Of a DNA stretch of 64,000 nt, positions 41,182 through 50,349 are shown one piece after another (position 1 is the first letter of the stretch; each line of letters opens with the position of its first letter). This DNA comes from Candidatus Poribacteria bacterium. Its GTDB lineage: Bacteria; Poribacteria; WGA-4E; WGA-3G. The translations under genes were made by a program, and so were the position numbers. Below the pieces are notes generated by a model. The model saw only the letters and a list, made by a program, of their open reading frames with translations. It ran no database searches and had not been told where the DNA came from. The DNA lies in the NCBI GenBank assembly GCA_965205025.1, contig CBDBFU010000010.1, forward strand, positions 1-64,000, read 5' to 3'.

Positions 41182-42810
41182 TTACAAACTTAATCTCATT
41201 AAACTGTCTGTGATATTTGGTGCAGCAGTCCCGAGTCCACAAGCGCTTGTTGCCTTCATCACACTTCCGATTTCTTCAATCAAATCTTTTGATTTCTGAG
41301 TTAGTGGTTCAGATAAGAGTTCAGTAAGTCTGTGTGTTCCAATCCTGCATGGAAAACACTTTCCGCACGACTCCTCAGCAAAGAAACCCATAGCATTACG
41401 TGCTACATCCACCATATCACGCGTATCATCAAACACCATTATACCTGCAGCTCCAAGCATTGCCCCCACTTTTTGGAAACTGGGTTCATCAATATTGATG
41501 TCAAAATCCGTTTCACCAATAAACCCGCCTGATAATCCTGCGGTAGTAATTGCCTGAATGGATCGTCCATCTAACGCGCCACCTGCCCAATCGTAAAGCA
41601 GTGTTCTTAGTGGAAGACCAAACGGCACCTCATAATTCCCAGGTCTTTGTATATCCCCGGACAGACTTATGATTTTTGTCCCGGCAAGGTTTTCATCACA
41701 ACTTAGATTCTTATACCATTCAGCTCCATAACGCACTATCTGTACGGCAGCAGCAAGTGTCTCAACGTTGTTTACTACTGTAGGAAGGTTTTCAAAACCG
41801 TGGGTTACTGGATATGGAGGACGATTTCTTGGGAATGGATGTTTACCTTCTAAACTATTTAACAATGATCCTTCTTCTCCACAGACATACGCACCAGCCC
41901 CACGTCGTATGTAAATACGGAATTTTAAATCAGTTCCGAGGATATCATCTCCAATCAATCCTTCCGATTCTGCTTCTGTAAGTGCATTCTCAAGTATTTT
42001 ATAGGTTTCTGGATACTCATATCGGAGATAGATAAACCCACGAGTTGCTCCTGTTGCATAAGCTGCCAGTGTCATTCCTTCAATAACAGCATGTGGAGCG
42101 TAGTCAAGAATAACTCTATCCTTAAAGCAACCGGGTTCCCCTTCATCAGCATTACACACAATAGTTTTTGGCTCACCTGGTGCATTCAGTACGGATTCCC
42201 ATTTCATACCAGTTGGAAAACCTGCTCCTCCTCTACCTGCAAGTTGGCTCTGTTTTAATGTTTCAATTACTTGCTCTGGACTAAGGGATGATATCGCATG
42301 TTTTAGACTTTCGTATCCACCTGTACGTTGATACCCTTCGAGTGTGTATCGTTCCGGTTCACGTATATCTGCGAAGATGCATTCTTCACTGTCCCCTGGA
42401 TACTGTGGCGGGAGTGGTGTTGGTTGTACAGAAAGTGTTCCTACATCTTTTCCTGTGAGCACTTGATGTCCCTTTAAAACTGGGACACAATCATCACACC
42501 TGCCTGCACACGGCATTTCAGTTGATCCTTCACTTTTTAATGCATTAAGGATTTCTAACCCACCTTGTAGACGACAAACAGGACCAGTACATACACGAGG
42601 CGCAGCCTGTCCGGGTGCTTCACGAGCTAAATGGTGATAGAAGGTTACTGTGCCAAAAAGTTCAGCAAGGGGAATTCGTAGTCCAACTGCAATATCCCGG
42701 AGTGATTCTTCAGAGATGAATCCGTCCCTGTCATGAAAGGCGTGTAATATACCGAGCAGTGGGGCAGGGGCATCATGCCATTCGGCAATCAGATCTGCAT
42801 TCGTTGACAT
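41182..42810 (-). CDS. NuoE-NuoF-like fusion (2Fe-2S thioredoxin-like domain + FMN/NADH-binding domain + 4Fe-4S site)
   Basis: CTGPVC...CAGRC; GRGGAGFPTG; NADEGEPG; GAGAYVCGEE; ESCGKCFPCR. Confidence 0.9.
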   Translation of the reverse strand: MSTNADLIAEWHDAPAPLLGILHAFHDRDGFISEESLRDIAVGLRIPLAELFGTVTFYHHLAREAPGQAAPRVCTGPVCRLQGGLEILNALKSEGSTEMPCAGRCDDCVPVLKGHQVLTGKDVGTLSVQPTPLPPQYPGDSEECIFADIREPERYTLEGYQRTGGYESLKHAISSLSPEQVIETLKQSQLAGRGGAGFPTGMKWESVLNAPGEPKTIVCNADEGEPGCFKDRVILDYAPHAVIEGMTLAAYATGATRGFIYLRYEYPETYKILENALTEAESEGLIGDDILGTDLKFRIYIRRGAGAYVCGEEGSLLNSLEGKHPFPRNRPPYPVTHGFENLPTVVNNVETLAAAVQIVRYGAEWYKNLSCDENLAGTKIISLSGDIQRPGNYEVPFGLPLRTLLYDWAGGALDGRSIQAITTAGLSGGFIGETDFDINIDEPSFQKVGAMLGAAGIMVFDDTRDMVDVARNAMGFFAEESCGKCFPCRIGTHRLTELLSEPLTQKSKDLIEEIGSVMKATSACGLGTAAPNITDSLMRLSL

Positions 42811-42928
42811 TTAACTCTCCAAGACTATGAACATATACAGGAACAAATCAGAAATATTATATGACAGAAGAAATAATTCCATGATTAGAGTATCAAATTT
42901 TATTTGTATGGTCAACATTTTAAAATGA

Positions 42929-43059
42929 CAGGACTTACGCAGTTTGTGTAGAAAATAGGAGATTTTATTCAATAAATCCGATAATTAAGTACTTTTTTGT
43001 CTTTTAACCCCCTAAATCCCCTTATCAAGGGGACTTTAAGAGGTATTGGGTAAGTCCTG
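42929..43059. mobile_element. MITE with CAGGACTTAC ends and a 5-bp duplication, carrying a REP hairpin
   Basis: CAGGACTTACGCA/TGGGTAAGTCCTG; AATGA on both sides; cargo AACCCCCTAAATCCCCTTATCAAGGGGACTT. Confidence 0.8.
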
Positions 43060-43404
43060 AATGAATAATTGAATCATCCATTTCAGTTAGGAGTTTTATT
43101 GTTGAATTATGAAGTCAATTCCTCTCCACTAAATTCAAAGTATAGATCTCGTTATTTTCATAAGGTGTTGGGAGTGAAACACAGGAGTAGAATATCCTAA
43201 TCCATCTACCTATTATTGACAGATACAATAATCTATGAGATAATAACATCATACTACAATAGACCTACTTTAACGTGGGTTTGATAAGACAGATTGTAAC
43301 CCGAACTTATAGTTAACACCAGATTGCACAAACTGGAAAGTTTGTGCTACAAAGACTATCTTCAGGACAAAATTCTGTTTATCAAACTGACGTTACTTTA
43401 AAAT

Positions 43405-44535
43405 ATGGCAACAGTACGACTTGAAAATATTACAAAGAGATTCGGTGATCTCACTGCACTTGATAATATTTCACTTGATGTAGAAGATGAAGAATTCTTT
43501 GTTCTACTTGGACAAACAGGTGCAGGAAAAACAACCACCCTTCGATGTATTGCTGGCTTAGACAAACCTGAAGAAGGCAGTATATACTTAGACGATGTGT
43601 CTGTAAATGACAGAACTCCTGCTGAACGGGATGTTGCATTCGTCTTTCAATCACACATTCTCTATCCACATCTAACTGTCTACGAAAACATGGCATTCCC
43701 ATTGCATCCACGAAAGTTATCCGCTGAAGAGATAGATAGTCGTGTGAAGGATATTGCACAGATGCTACACATTGAGCATCTCCTCATGCGTAAACCGAAC
43801 CAACTTAGCGGTGGAGAGACACAACGTGTTGGTCTCGGCAGAGCAATGGTACGACGTCCTCAAGTATTCCTGATGGATGAGCCAATTTCTAACCTTGACG
43901 CGAAACTACGTACGGAAATGCGTGCTGAAATTCGATGGAGACAACGCGAACTCGGGACTACTACTTTTTACGTAACACACGATCAAGTAGAAGCAATGTC
44001 CATGGCAGATCGGATTGCTGTACTTGATGAAGGAAAAGTACAACAATTAGGAACACCATTCGACATTTATAACCACCCAGAGAATCTGTTCGTGGCAGGT
44101 TTTATTGGTAATCCAAGTATGAACTGTATTCCATGTGAAATTATTATTAATAATGGTGTGCTTCAATTAAACTTATCTAACGGAGTTAGTAAAGACAATA
44201 CATTTACGATTCAAGACGATAATCTTACTAATATAATCAATGGGTTAAGTTTAGACCAACAAATAATCTTTGGTGTCCATCCAGAAGATGTGGTGGTAAA
44301 TCACCAATCTGTTCCCAACTCATTTAAAGCTGAAGTGTATAGTGTTGAACCGCTTGGGGCAGATACGATTGTTGAAATAACTCTGGGAACAGATGAAATA
44401 GGTTCACATACCATCCTAAAATCTGTCACTGCCCCAGACTTTGAAGCTGAAATTGGTGAATTTCTATATGTCTCCTTTGTCTCCGAACGTATTCATCTAT
44501 TCGATAAGACTACAGAAAAAACCCTAATGGCGTAA
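43405..44535 (+). CDS. Sugar ABC transporter ATP-binding protein (MalK-like)
   Basis: GQTGAGKT, LSGGE, LMDEP, VTHDQ, C-terminal TOBE-like domain. Confidence 0.95.
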   Translation: MATVRLENITKRFGDLTALDNISLDVEDEEFFVLLGQTGAGKTTTLRCIAGLDKPEEGSIYLDDVSVNDRTPAERDVAFVFQSHILYPHLTVYENMAFPLHPRKLSAEEIDSRVKDIAQMLHIEHLLMRKPNQLSGGETQRVGLGRAMVRRPQVFLMDEPISNLDAKLRTEMRAEIRWRQRELGTTTFYVTHDQVEAMSMADRIAVLDEGKVQQLGTPFDIYNHPENLFVAGFIGNPSMNCIPCEIIINNGVLQLNLSNGVSKDNTFTIQDDNLTNIINGLSLDQQIIFGVHPEDVVVNHQSVPNSFKAEVYSVEPLGADTIVEITLGTDEIGSHTILKSVTAPDFEAEIGEFLYVSFVSERIHLFDKTTEKTLMA

Positions 44536-44555
44536 CTAATATTCCACATACTATT

Positions 44556-44690
44556 ATGAGTTGGCAACTAAGACTATTTAACCTCCTTCCCAATATTGTA
44601 AAGAAAATCGGATGCCATTTTCTACGTAAACTGGGTCGTGATCCTGATACGTGGTATGAGAATTTTCTGGAAAAACACAAAGGAAAGTAA
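44556..44690 (+). CDS. Possible 44-aa small protein
   Basis: MSWQLRLFNLLPNIVKKIGCHFLRKLGRDPDTWYENFLEKHKGK nearly fills the gap between two co-directional genes; no clear RBS. Confidence 0.35.
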   Translation: MSWQLRLFNLLPNIVKKIGCHFLRKLGRDPDTWYENFLEKHKGK

Positions 44691-44692
44691 AC

Positions 44693-46321
44693 GTGACTGG
44701 TGGAGATATTCTAATTGAATGTTTGAAAGCACAAGGTGTCTCAACTGTATTTGGGATGCCGGGTACACAGAACATTCATATCTACGATTCTCTTCTTCGT
44801 AAGGGAACAGATTCAATTCGTCATTTTCTTGTTCGACATGAGTATTCAGCTACTCAAATGGCAGATGGCTTTGCTCGTGCAACTGGTGATGTTGGTGTTG
44901 CTATTACTGTTCCCGGTCCAGGGGCAAGTAATGCATCTACAGGGATTCTGGAAGCGTATACAGATTGTATACCGGTATTACTTATAACTGGACAGAGTCA
45001 TTCCGATTCTTATAATAGGCATCCGAGTAAGATGTTCCACGGTTTGGACCAGATGCGTTTCTTTGAACCGATAACGAAATACTGTGCTATCGCGCGTAGT
45101 GTATCGGATATACCTAATGTTGTTGAAAATGCATTTAAAGCAATGCGTAATGGCAGACCTGGACCGACTGTATTGGAATTCCCAATGGATGTCACGACTG
45201 GAGAAGGTGAAGTTCGGATACCAATCCGAGTTGAACGCGAAGATTCCACACCCCCTGATGATACAGATCTTAACAAGGCTTTAGAAACAATACAGAATGC
45301 CAATTATCCGTTGATCTTCGCAGGTTCAGCGGTGATTCATTCAAATGCCAGAAATGAGTTAAGACTGCTTGCAGAAAAATTGAATGCACCTGTGATCGTC
45401 TCCCGTTGTGCCAAAGGAGCATTACCCGAAGACCATCCATCCGCATTGCAAATATGTTATGGATATTTAGGACAAGAAGCACTCAAACATACTGATTGTC
45501 TTATCGGTATTGGTCCAAGGTTTACATCCATTGATACCCGGAGTTGGACTTTACAGTTACCACAACCCTTTATCCAGATTGATGAGGATGAAAATGAAAT
45601 TGGACGCGAATATCCGTGTGATATCGGTGTTGTTGGTGATTTAAAGCTTACCTTACAAGCGTTAATTGAGGATATTTCATCAGATGGCAATCAGTGGAAC
45701 TCCATACTTCCGAAACTTCGCGATAACTTTGATATGCAGCCTCCCCTTCCAATCATTCATGAATTACAAGATGTTCTTCCACGGGATACCATTTACTCGA
45801 TTGATGTTCATTCCCTTGGGTACGCATCTTTTGCGGAATTTCCGATATATGATCCGCGTACCTTTCTCTATCCGAATATCGGTGTTGCTTTAGGGTATGC
45901 GTATCCTGCTGCCATCGGTGCAAAAGTGGCATATCCTGATAGACCTGTGGTCTGTTTTAGTGGTGATGGGGGATTCCTTATGGGAGCAATGGAAATGGCA
46001 ACTGCAGTTAAATACGGTATTAATGTTATAGCAATTGTGATAAACGATGACGCATTGTCCGCTATTAAAGGATCTCAATTGAAGGGATTTGAAGGGCGTA
46101 CGATTGATACAGACTTACGGAATCCGGACTTTGTGGAATTTGCGAAATCATTTGGGGTGTATGCCAGGAAGGTTGAGAATTTAGAGGATTTTAAGCCTAT
46201 CTTGAAGGAAACACTCTCAGTTGAACAACCAGCACTTATTGAGGTAATGATGCGCGAACATCAAGATGAGATAATTGATTCTATTGGGTGGTTGAAGGCT
46301 GATGCTCTTAGAAAAACGTGA
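44693..46321 (+). CDS. Thiamine-diphosphate enzyme (acetolactate synthase-like)
   Basis: VFGMPG, VRHE, GPGASN, and the GDGG...N ThDP motif. Confidence 0.92.
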   Translation: MTGGDILIECLKAQGVSTVFGMPGTQNIHIYDSLLRKGTDSIRHFLVRHEYSATQMADGFARATGDVGVAITVPGPGASNASTGILEAYTDCIPVLLITGQSHSDSYNRHPSKMFHGLDQMRFFEPITKYCAIARSVSDIPNVVENAFKAMRNGRPGPTVLEFPMDVTTGEGEVRIPIRVEREDSTPPDDTDLNKALETIQNANYPLIFAGSAVIHSNARNELRLLAEKLNAPVIVSRCAKGALPEDHPSALQICYGYLGQEALKHTDCLIGIGPRFTSIDTRSWTLQLPQPFIQIDEDENEIGREYPCDIGVVGDLKLTLQALIEDISSDGNQWNSILPKLRDNFDMQPPLPIIHELQDVLPRDTIYSIDVHSLGYASFAEFPIYDPRTFLYPNIGVALGYAYPAAIGAKVAYPDRPVVCFSGDGGFLMGAMEMATAVKYGINVIAIVINDDALSAIKGSQLKGFEGRTIDTDLRNPDFVEFAKSFGVYARKVENLEDFKPILKETLSVEQPALIEVMMREHQDEIIDSIGWLKADALRKT

Positions 46322-46347
46322 TTTTCGTCGATCTATACGTGCCAGAA

Positions 46348-47184
46348 TTAGTATTCACCGCGTGCGTTCCAACCAGGATACTGTTCTTCTAACGCTTGTA
46401 GTGTTTGAGGTGTGTAATAGGGGTGGCCTGCAGGTGGGAAACGAAATACCTCCCGTTCTGCCGCTGTTAATGTACCGATGAATTTTGAGAATGTCTCGTG
46501 TCTCCCTTTGTCAGTATAGTGTCGAAATCCTTCCCAAACATGATCTGCACGTCCTAAACCGAACCCCCACGTAAAACGTTGACCATCTTCCCGATGATAA
46601 TCGCTTGCTGAATGGAACGTATAGTTACTGAAAATACAGAGCGTTCCACCTTTACATACAAGTGGTTCGTAATGCGTCGTATCTCGTCCGTATTTGTTTG
46701 CAAGCAATCTAAGTGGTGCCTGATCTTCGTCAACATCTTCAAGGTGTACCCAAAAAACAAGTTGTCCAAATTCAGGAGCTGACTCTGATTGTGGTAGCAA
46801 TGAATTATTCCCGTTATCAATATGCAGTCCACTTGCATCACTCCCAACACCACCCCCTTTGAATCCTGGATATCGGGCAATCATACAACCCGCACGGAAC
46901 TGGATATGCTCAGTTTTCAACCACTTCCGAGCGAATCCCCATGCATCATGATCAACTATTCCGCGTAGTAAAACCATCTCAGACGATGGAAAATCTGTCA
47001 AAATAGCTTTACCAGGAGGTGGATTATCTTTCACATCATCCCATGTTGGCAGCACACGTCTTTGTGCCTCTTGCATCTCTGTAAGGTGTTCACCTGAATA
47101 GTAGTCTGGAACAATGAGATATCCTTTCTCTGCAAATTCGTCGAAATGAGCATCGGTAAATTCTATTGGCATATCTGCCTCCAT
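46348..47184 (-). CDS. Phytanoyl-CoA dioxygenase-family 2OG-Fe(II) oxygenase
   Basis: FAEKGYLIV, LHID, LEDVDE..APL, FHSA. Confidence 0.8.
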   Translation of the reverse strand: MEADMPIEFTDAHFDEFAEKGYLIVPDYYSGEHLTEMQEAQRRVLPTWDDVKDNPPPGKAILTDFPSSEMVLLRGIVDHDAWGFARKWLKTEHIQFRAGCMIARYPGFKGGGVGSDASGLHIDNGNNSLLPQSESAPEFGQLVFWVHLEDVDEDQAPLRLLANKYGRDTTHYEPLVCKGGTLCIFSNYTFHSASDYHREDGQRFTWGFGLGRADHVWEGFRHYTDKGRHETFSKFIGTLTAAEREVFRFPPAGHPYYTPQTLQALEEQYPGWNARGEY

Positions 47185-47211
47185 AGTTTTAAAACAGTTA
47201 TGCGGAAGATT

Positions 47212-47256
47212 AAAAAAATATGCTGACGAACCTTATATGCTAAAGTCCGCCAGCAT
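47212..47256 (-). terminator. Rho-independent terminator after tRNA-Asn
   Basis: Minus strand ATGCTGGCGGAC...GTTCGTCAGCAT followed by ATTTTTTT. Confidence 0.7.
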
Positions 47257-47262
47257 ACTGGA

Positions 47263-47335
47263 CTCCCCCAGACGGACTCGAACCGCCGACACGATGGTTA
47301 ACAGCCATCTGCTCTACCGACTGAGCTATGGGGGA
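47263..47335 (-). tRNA. tRNA-Asn (GTT)
   Basis: TCCCCCA/TGGGGGA acceptor stem, D arm GCTC/GAGC, anticodon arm GATGG-CTGTTAA-CCATC, GGTTCGAGTCC T arm. Confidence 0.97.
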
Positions 47336-47406
47336 ATATTACATCGTAAATTATACACCAAGAGGTTGATATTTGCAAATTAAAACCACATTCAATGTCA
47401 ATTTAC

Positions 47407-47796
47407 TTAGCATCCACAAACTACCTCTTTTCCTTTAACACCTTGTTTACCTTCCGTTTCGTACCCATCGCGACGCCACCATTCTATACCACCCATCAAT
47501 TCTTTGACATTAAAACCTAACTTCGCCATGTTCAATGCACCTTTCGTAGAGGCGTTACAACCGATACCATCGCAATAAGTGATATACAGTTTCGTTTTGT
47601 CCAACATACTTGTCGTATCTTCATTCATCGTTCTGTGTGGAATATTTATAGCGGTTGGTATATGCTCTAACGCATAAGCCTCTGGTGAACGTGCATCAAT
47701 GACAACTATATCTTCGCCGTTATTGAGTGCTTCGTATAGATCCCAAGAGTCTGTCTCGTAATTTAGTTTTCTTTTGTAAAATTCTATTTGATCCAT
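47407..47796 (-). CDS. Rhodanese-like domain protein
   Basis: VIDARS, HIPTAINIP, YCDGIGC, ELMGGIEWW. Confidence 0.92.
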   Translation of the reverse strand: MDQIEFYKRKLNYETDSWDLYEALNNGEDIVVIDARSPEAYALEHIPTAINIPHRTMNEDTTSMLDKTKLYITYCDGIGCNASTKGALNMAKLGFNVKELMGGIEWWRRDGYETEGKQGVKGKEVVCGC

Positions 47797-48140
47797 AAGT
47801 GATTAATATACCGTGTGTATAACCATCTTGTCAAATTGAATCTGCTTTGGAAAATACCCCAGAGAATACCGAAAACAATACACGCTAACTGACCAATAAT
47901 TGCAATCCAAGCAACAATAGTAAAAATAGGATTACCATTATAGTATTTTGAATCAAAATAGTCGTATAAACCGCGATGTGCTCCTATGTCAGCGTGTTGC
48001 GACACTACATTTTCAGCTGTGAAATGGAAAATACCTGCTATTGCTATATACCACACAAACCCGAGTATGATTCCCACAAAAATCCTAAGAAGTAGAATTC
48101 CGATAAATCGAAAACTTGGAATGAGATTCTGTATAAACAT
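47784..48140 (-). CDS. Hypothetical 2-TM membrane protein
   Basis: Two hydrophobic segments; purine-rich RBS; overlaps the rhodanese start. Confidence 0.65.
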   Translation of the reverse strand: MFIQNLIPSFRFIGILLLRIFVGIILGFVWYIAIAGIFHFTAENVVSQHADIGAHRGLYDYFDSKYYNGNPIFTIVAWIAIIGQLACIVFGILWGIFQSRFNLTRWLYTRYINHLWIK

Positions 48141-48318
48141 GATCTTCCCCTTTTTATCGAAGAATTTGTTCGTATATATCTGAATGAATTGAATCTTTGC
48201 ATACTAAGTAATGAGATGGACTTAGGGAGATAATTCTTCAATATTTTATAGGTTCTACCATTTCTATAAATGTCTATCCTATGAACAGTTGTAATACATG
48301 TCTTGAAATACCGCACTA

Positions 48319-48486
48319 TAAGCGTCAATTTAGTGGTTTTCCCAGGCCGGTAGGTGCGATTTCCTAATCGCACTGGATCCTTCGCGAAAAACTTTATGAA
48401 CGCAATTGGAACAAACCCGGTTCGGTTAGGAAACCGAACCTACCGACCTGAAATTTATAGCGTACTTCTCCTTAAATTGACGCTAA
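48319..48486. mobile_element. MITE with AGCGTCAATTTA ends carrying an inverted REP doublet
   Basis: AGCGTCAATTTA/TAAATTGACGCT; flanked by ATGTCTTGAAATACCGCAC at ~48298 and ~48489. Confidence 0.75.
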
Positions 48487-48819
48487 TGATGTCTTGAAAT
48501 ACCGCACAAACTGGAAGTTTATGCTACATTAAACCTTAACACTTGGATGATGTAATCGAAAAATGTGTTAATATTTTCGGCTTGAAATGATTTCACTTTC
48601 ACGGAAACCTTCACGGAGCAATTTTACGAAGCCTTATTCTATAAGGGTTTATAATTTTAAGTAGACCAATTTTCCGTGAATCACGCATGTTAATAATTAT
48701 TTAACTTATCGGGCAATTTTTAGACATAGCACTCCGCTGGAGTGCGGGATTGCTGTGCTTCACTGCTATAGACATATAACTCCGCTGGAGCAAGACGCAC
48801 AACTGAAAAGTGGGGCAAT

Positions 48820-48920
48820 TGACATTGACATATCAATTGTCAATTTTGTATAATAGTCGTTGTATGAAAAGAACTTTGACAAAATCAGTTGACAATTGAC
48901 AATCTTGTATAATAGTCGTT
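48820..48920 (+). promoter_or_regulatory. Tandem duplicated sigma70-like promoter with multiple TTGACA boxes
   Basis: TTGTATAATAGTCGTT occurs twice, each preceded by several TTGACA hexamers. Confidence 0.6.
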
Positions 48921-49028
48921 TTAATATTATTCTATAAGGAGCATACAATCAGTGATGCGGATTGACCAAAGACCTGCAGAGACTTTTTTTAAATAGAGAG
49001 CTGGGTATAAAGGATTTTCCTGTAGGAC

Positions 49029-49466
49029 TTGGAATTGTCTGGCAATATGGAAAACGGAGATAAACGTTCAACTATTTTTACTGTTCAGAATGCAGAGGAA
49101 ACTATCGTTACATTTTTATGGATTGTGTTAGGTCTAATCATAATCGTTTATGTAGTCGCATTCTATTTATCTAAAAGTATTATCAATTCTTTTCTACTCT
49201 TAATTAACAACACAACTAAGATAATGTCAGGAGCAACATTGCTTCTGCTGTTACGGGAAGGAGTGGCAACTATGTTTCTTAGACGCGCACGAAGAGAGCG
49301 TCAGAAATTGAAAGAAGAAAAAAAGAAGAGAGATCAAGAAATCGCTCAAATCAGAGCCGATGCCCAAGCTGAATACGCTAAGAGAATTAACGAGTGGGAT
49401 GAGCGTAGAAAGACAGCTGAAGCACAAGGTAAGGAGTTTACTGAACCACTACCACCACCTGAGTAA
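49029..49466 (+). CDS. Hypothetical membrane protein with coiled-coil tail
   Basis: Two hydrophobic segments, then a charged helix ending FTEPLPPPE. Confidence 0.65.
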   Translation: MELSGNMENGDKRSTIFTVQNAEETIVTFLWIVLGLIIIVYVVAFYLSKSIINSFLLLINNTTKIMSGATLLLLLREGVATMFLRRARRERQKLKEEKKKRDQEIAQIRADAQAEYAKRINEWDERRKTAEAQGKEFTEPLPPPE

Positions 49467-49476
49467 TAAAGGAGAA

Positions 49477-49709
49477 TATAAAGATTCTAAAAAATCATTT
49501 TTTAGAATGTTTATTGTTTTTTAGTTCTGTTGATGTCTGCTGCATTGGAAGTTGTAGCAGGTCGCGTCAGCGTCAAAGCGTATTACCGTAAAGACGGTAC
49601 TTCTTATGTGAGACCTCACTATCGAACGGCACCTGAAAATCAAAGCAGAATATTGACGAGGGAAAGTATACTAAACTTGCTATCTTATCATGAATGTATC
49701 CGAGCTTGA
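49477..49709 (+). pseudogene. Decayed small secreted YRKDGT-motif protein
   Basis: VSVKAYYRKDGTSYVRPHYRTAP in the frame starting at 49533; the upstream signal-peptide region is frameshifted behind an AAGGAG RBS. Confidence 0.5.
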
Positions 49710-49974
49710 ACATGTCATTGACGATGAACTTCATGCCTTAGTCCAAAAACTTGACCCAAAACTACAAGAGAGAGTCTATAAACAATTCAATCTACTCATG
49801 GATATGCCGTTATATCCTTCGCTTCACCTCAAGAAAGTAAAGTGACAAAAGAGTGAACAGTGGTCGATATACATTAGTAGAAACTATCGCGCTCTCGGAT
49901 ACGAAAATGAAGGTGTCGTCAGATGGTATTGGGTCGGACATCACAGTGAATATGATAAAATCTTGAAATCGTGA
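49690..49974 (+). pseudogene. RelE/ParE-like toxin with an internal stop codon
   Basis: YPSLHLKKVK*QKSEQWSIYISRNYRALG...WYWVGHHSEYDKIL; TGA at 49843-49845. Confidence 0.8.
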
Positions 49975-50027
49975 CAGTATAAAAAGAATAGAAGAAAACT
50001 TTTCATATTGAAGGATAATAGGCGTGC

Positions 50028-50342
50028 TTGCCAAGCACGCCTATTATCCTTTACACGATTCGGGTTGAAACAAGAATGGATTATAGAAAGTTTTTCATAC
50101 ACGTTGCTTTACTTGTACTTCTCACTTGTGGCATTATTGTTTTCATCACGTACACTTATACCAGTGAAACACCAGATATACTGAGTGTTTCTGTGGTGAT
50201 TATGGTCCTGAAGCTACTGATTTTTGGCGGAGTGGTTCTCGCGCACTTATATTTGACCTATATTGTATTGCTATTTCTGTTTCGGTTGCTTCAAAAGTTG
50301 CTTCAGTTTATTTCCCACTTGATGCGTAGTATATCGCGTTAA
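50028..50342 (+). CDS. Hypothetical membrane protein (start may be ~50077)
   Basis: Highly hydrophobic ORF. Confidence 0.55.
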   Translation: MPSTPIILYTIRVETRMDYRKFFIHVALLVLLTCGIIVFITYTYTSETPDILSVSVVIMVLKLLIFGGVVLAHLYLTYIVLLFLFRLLQKLLQFISHLMRSISR

Positions 50343-50349
50343 GGAAATG

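Noticed and set aside
47263-47335. tRNA-Asn as the integration site of an island
   Set aside because: No duplicated tRNA 3' end and no integrase were found; a metabolic gene follows the 3' end.
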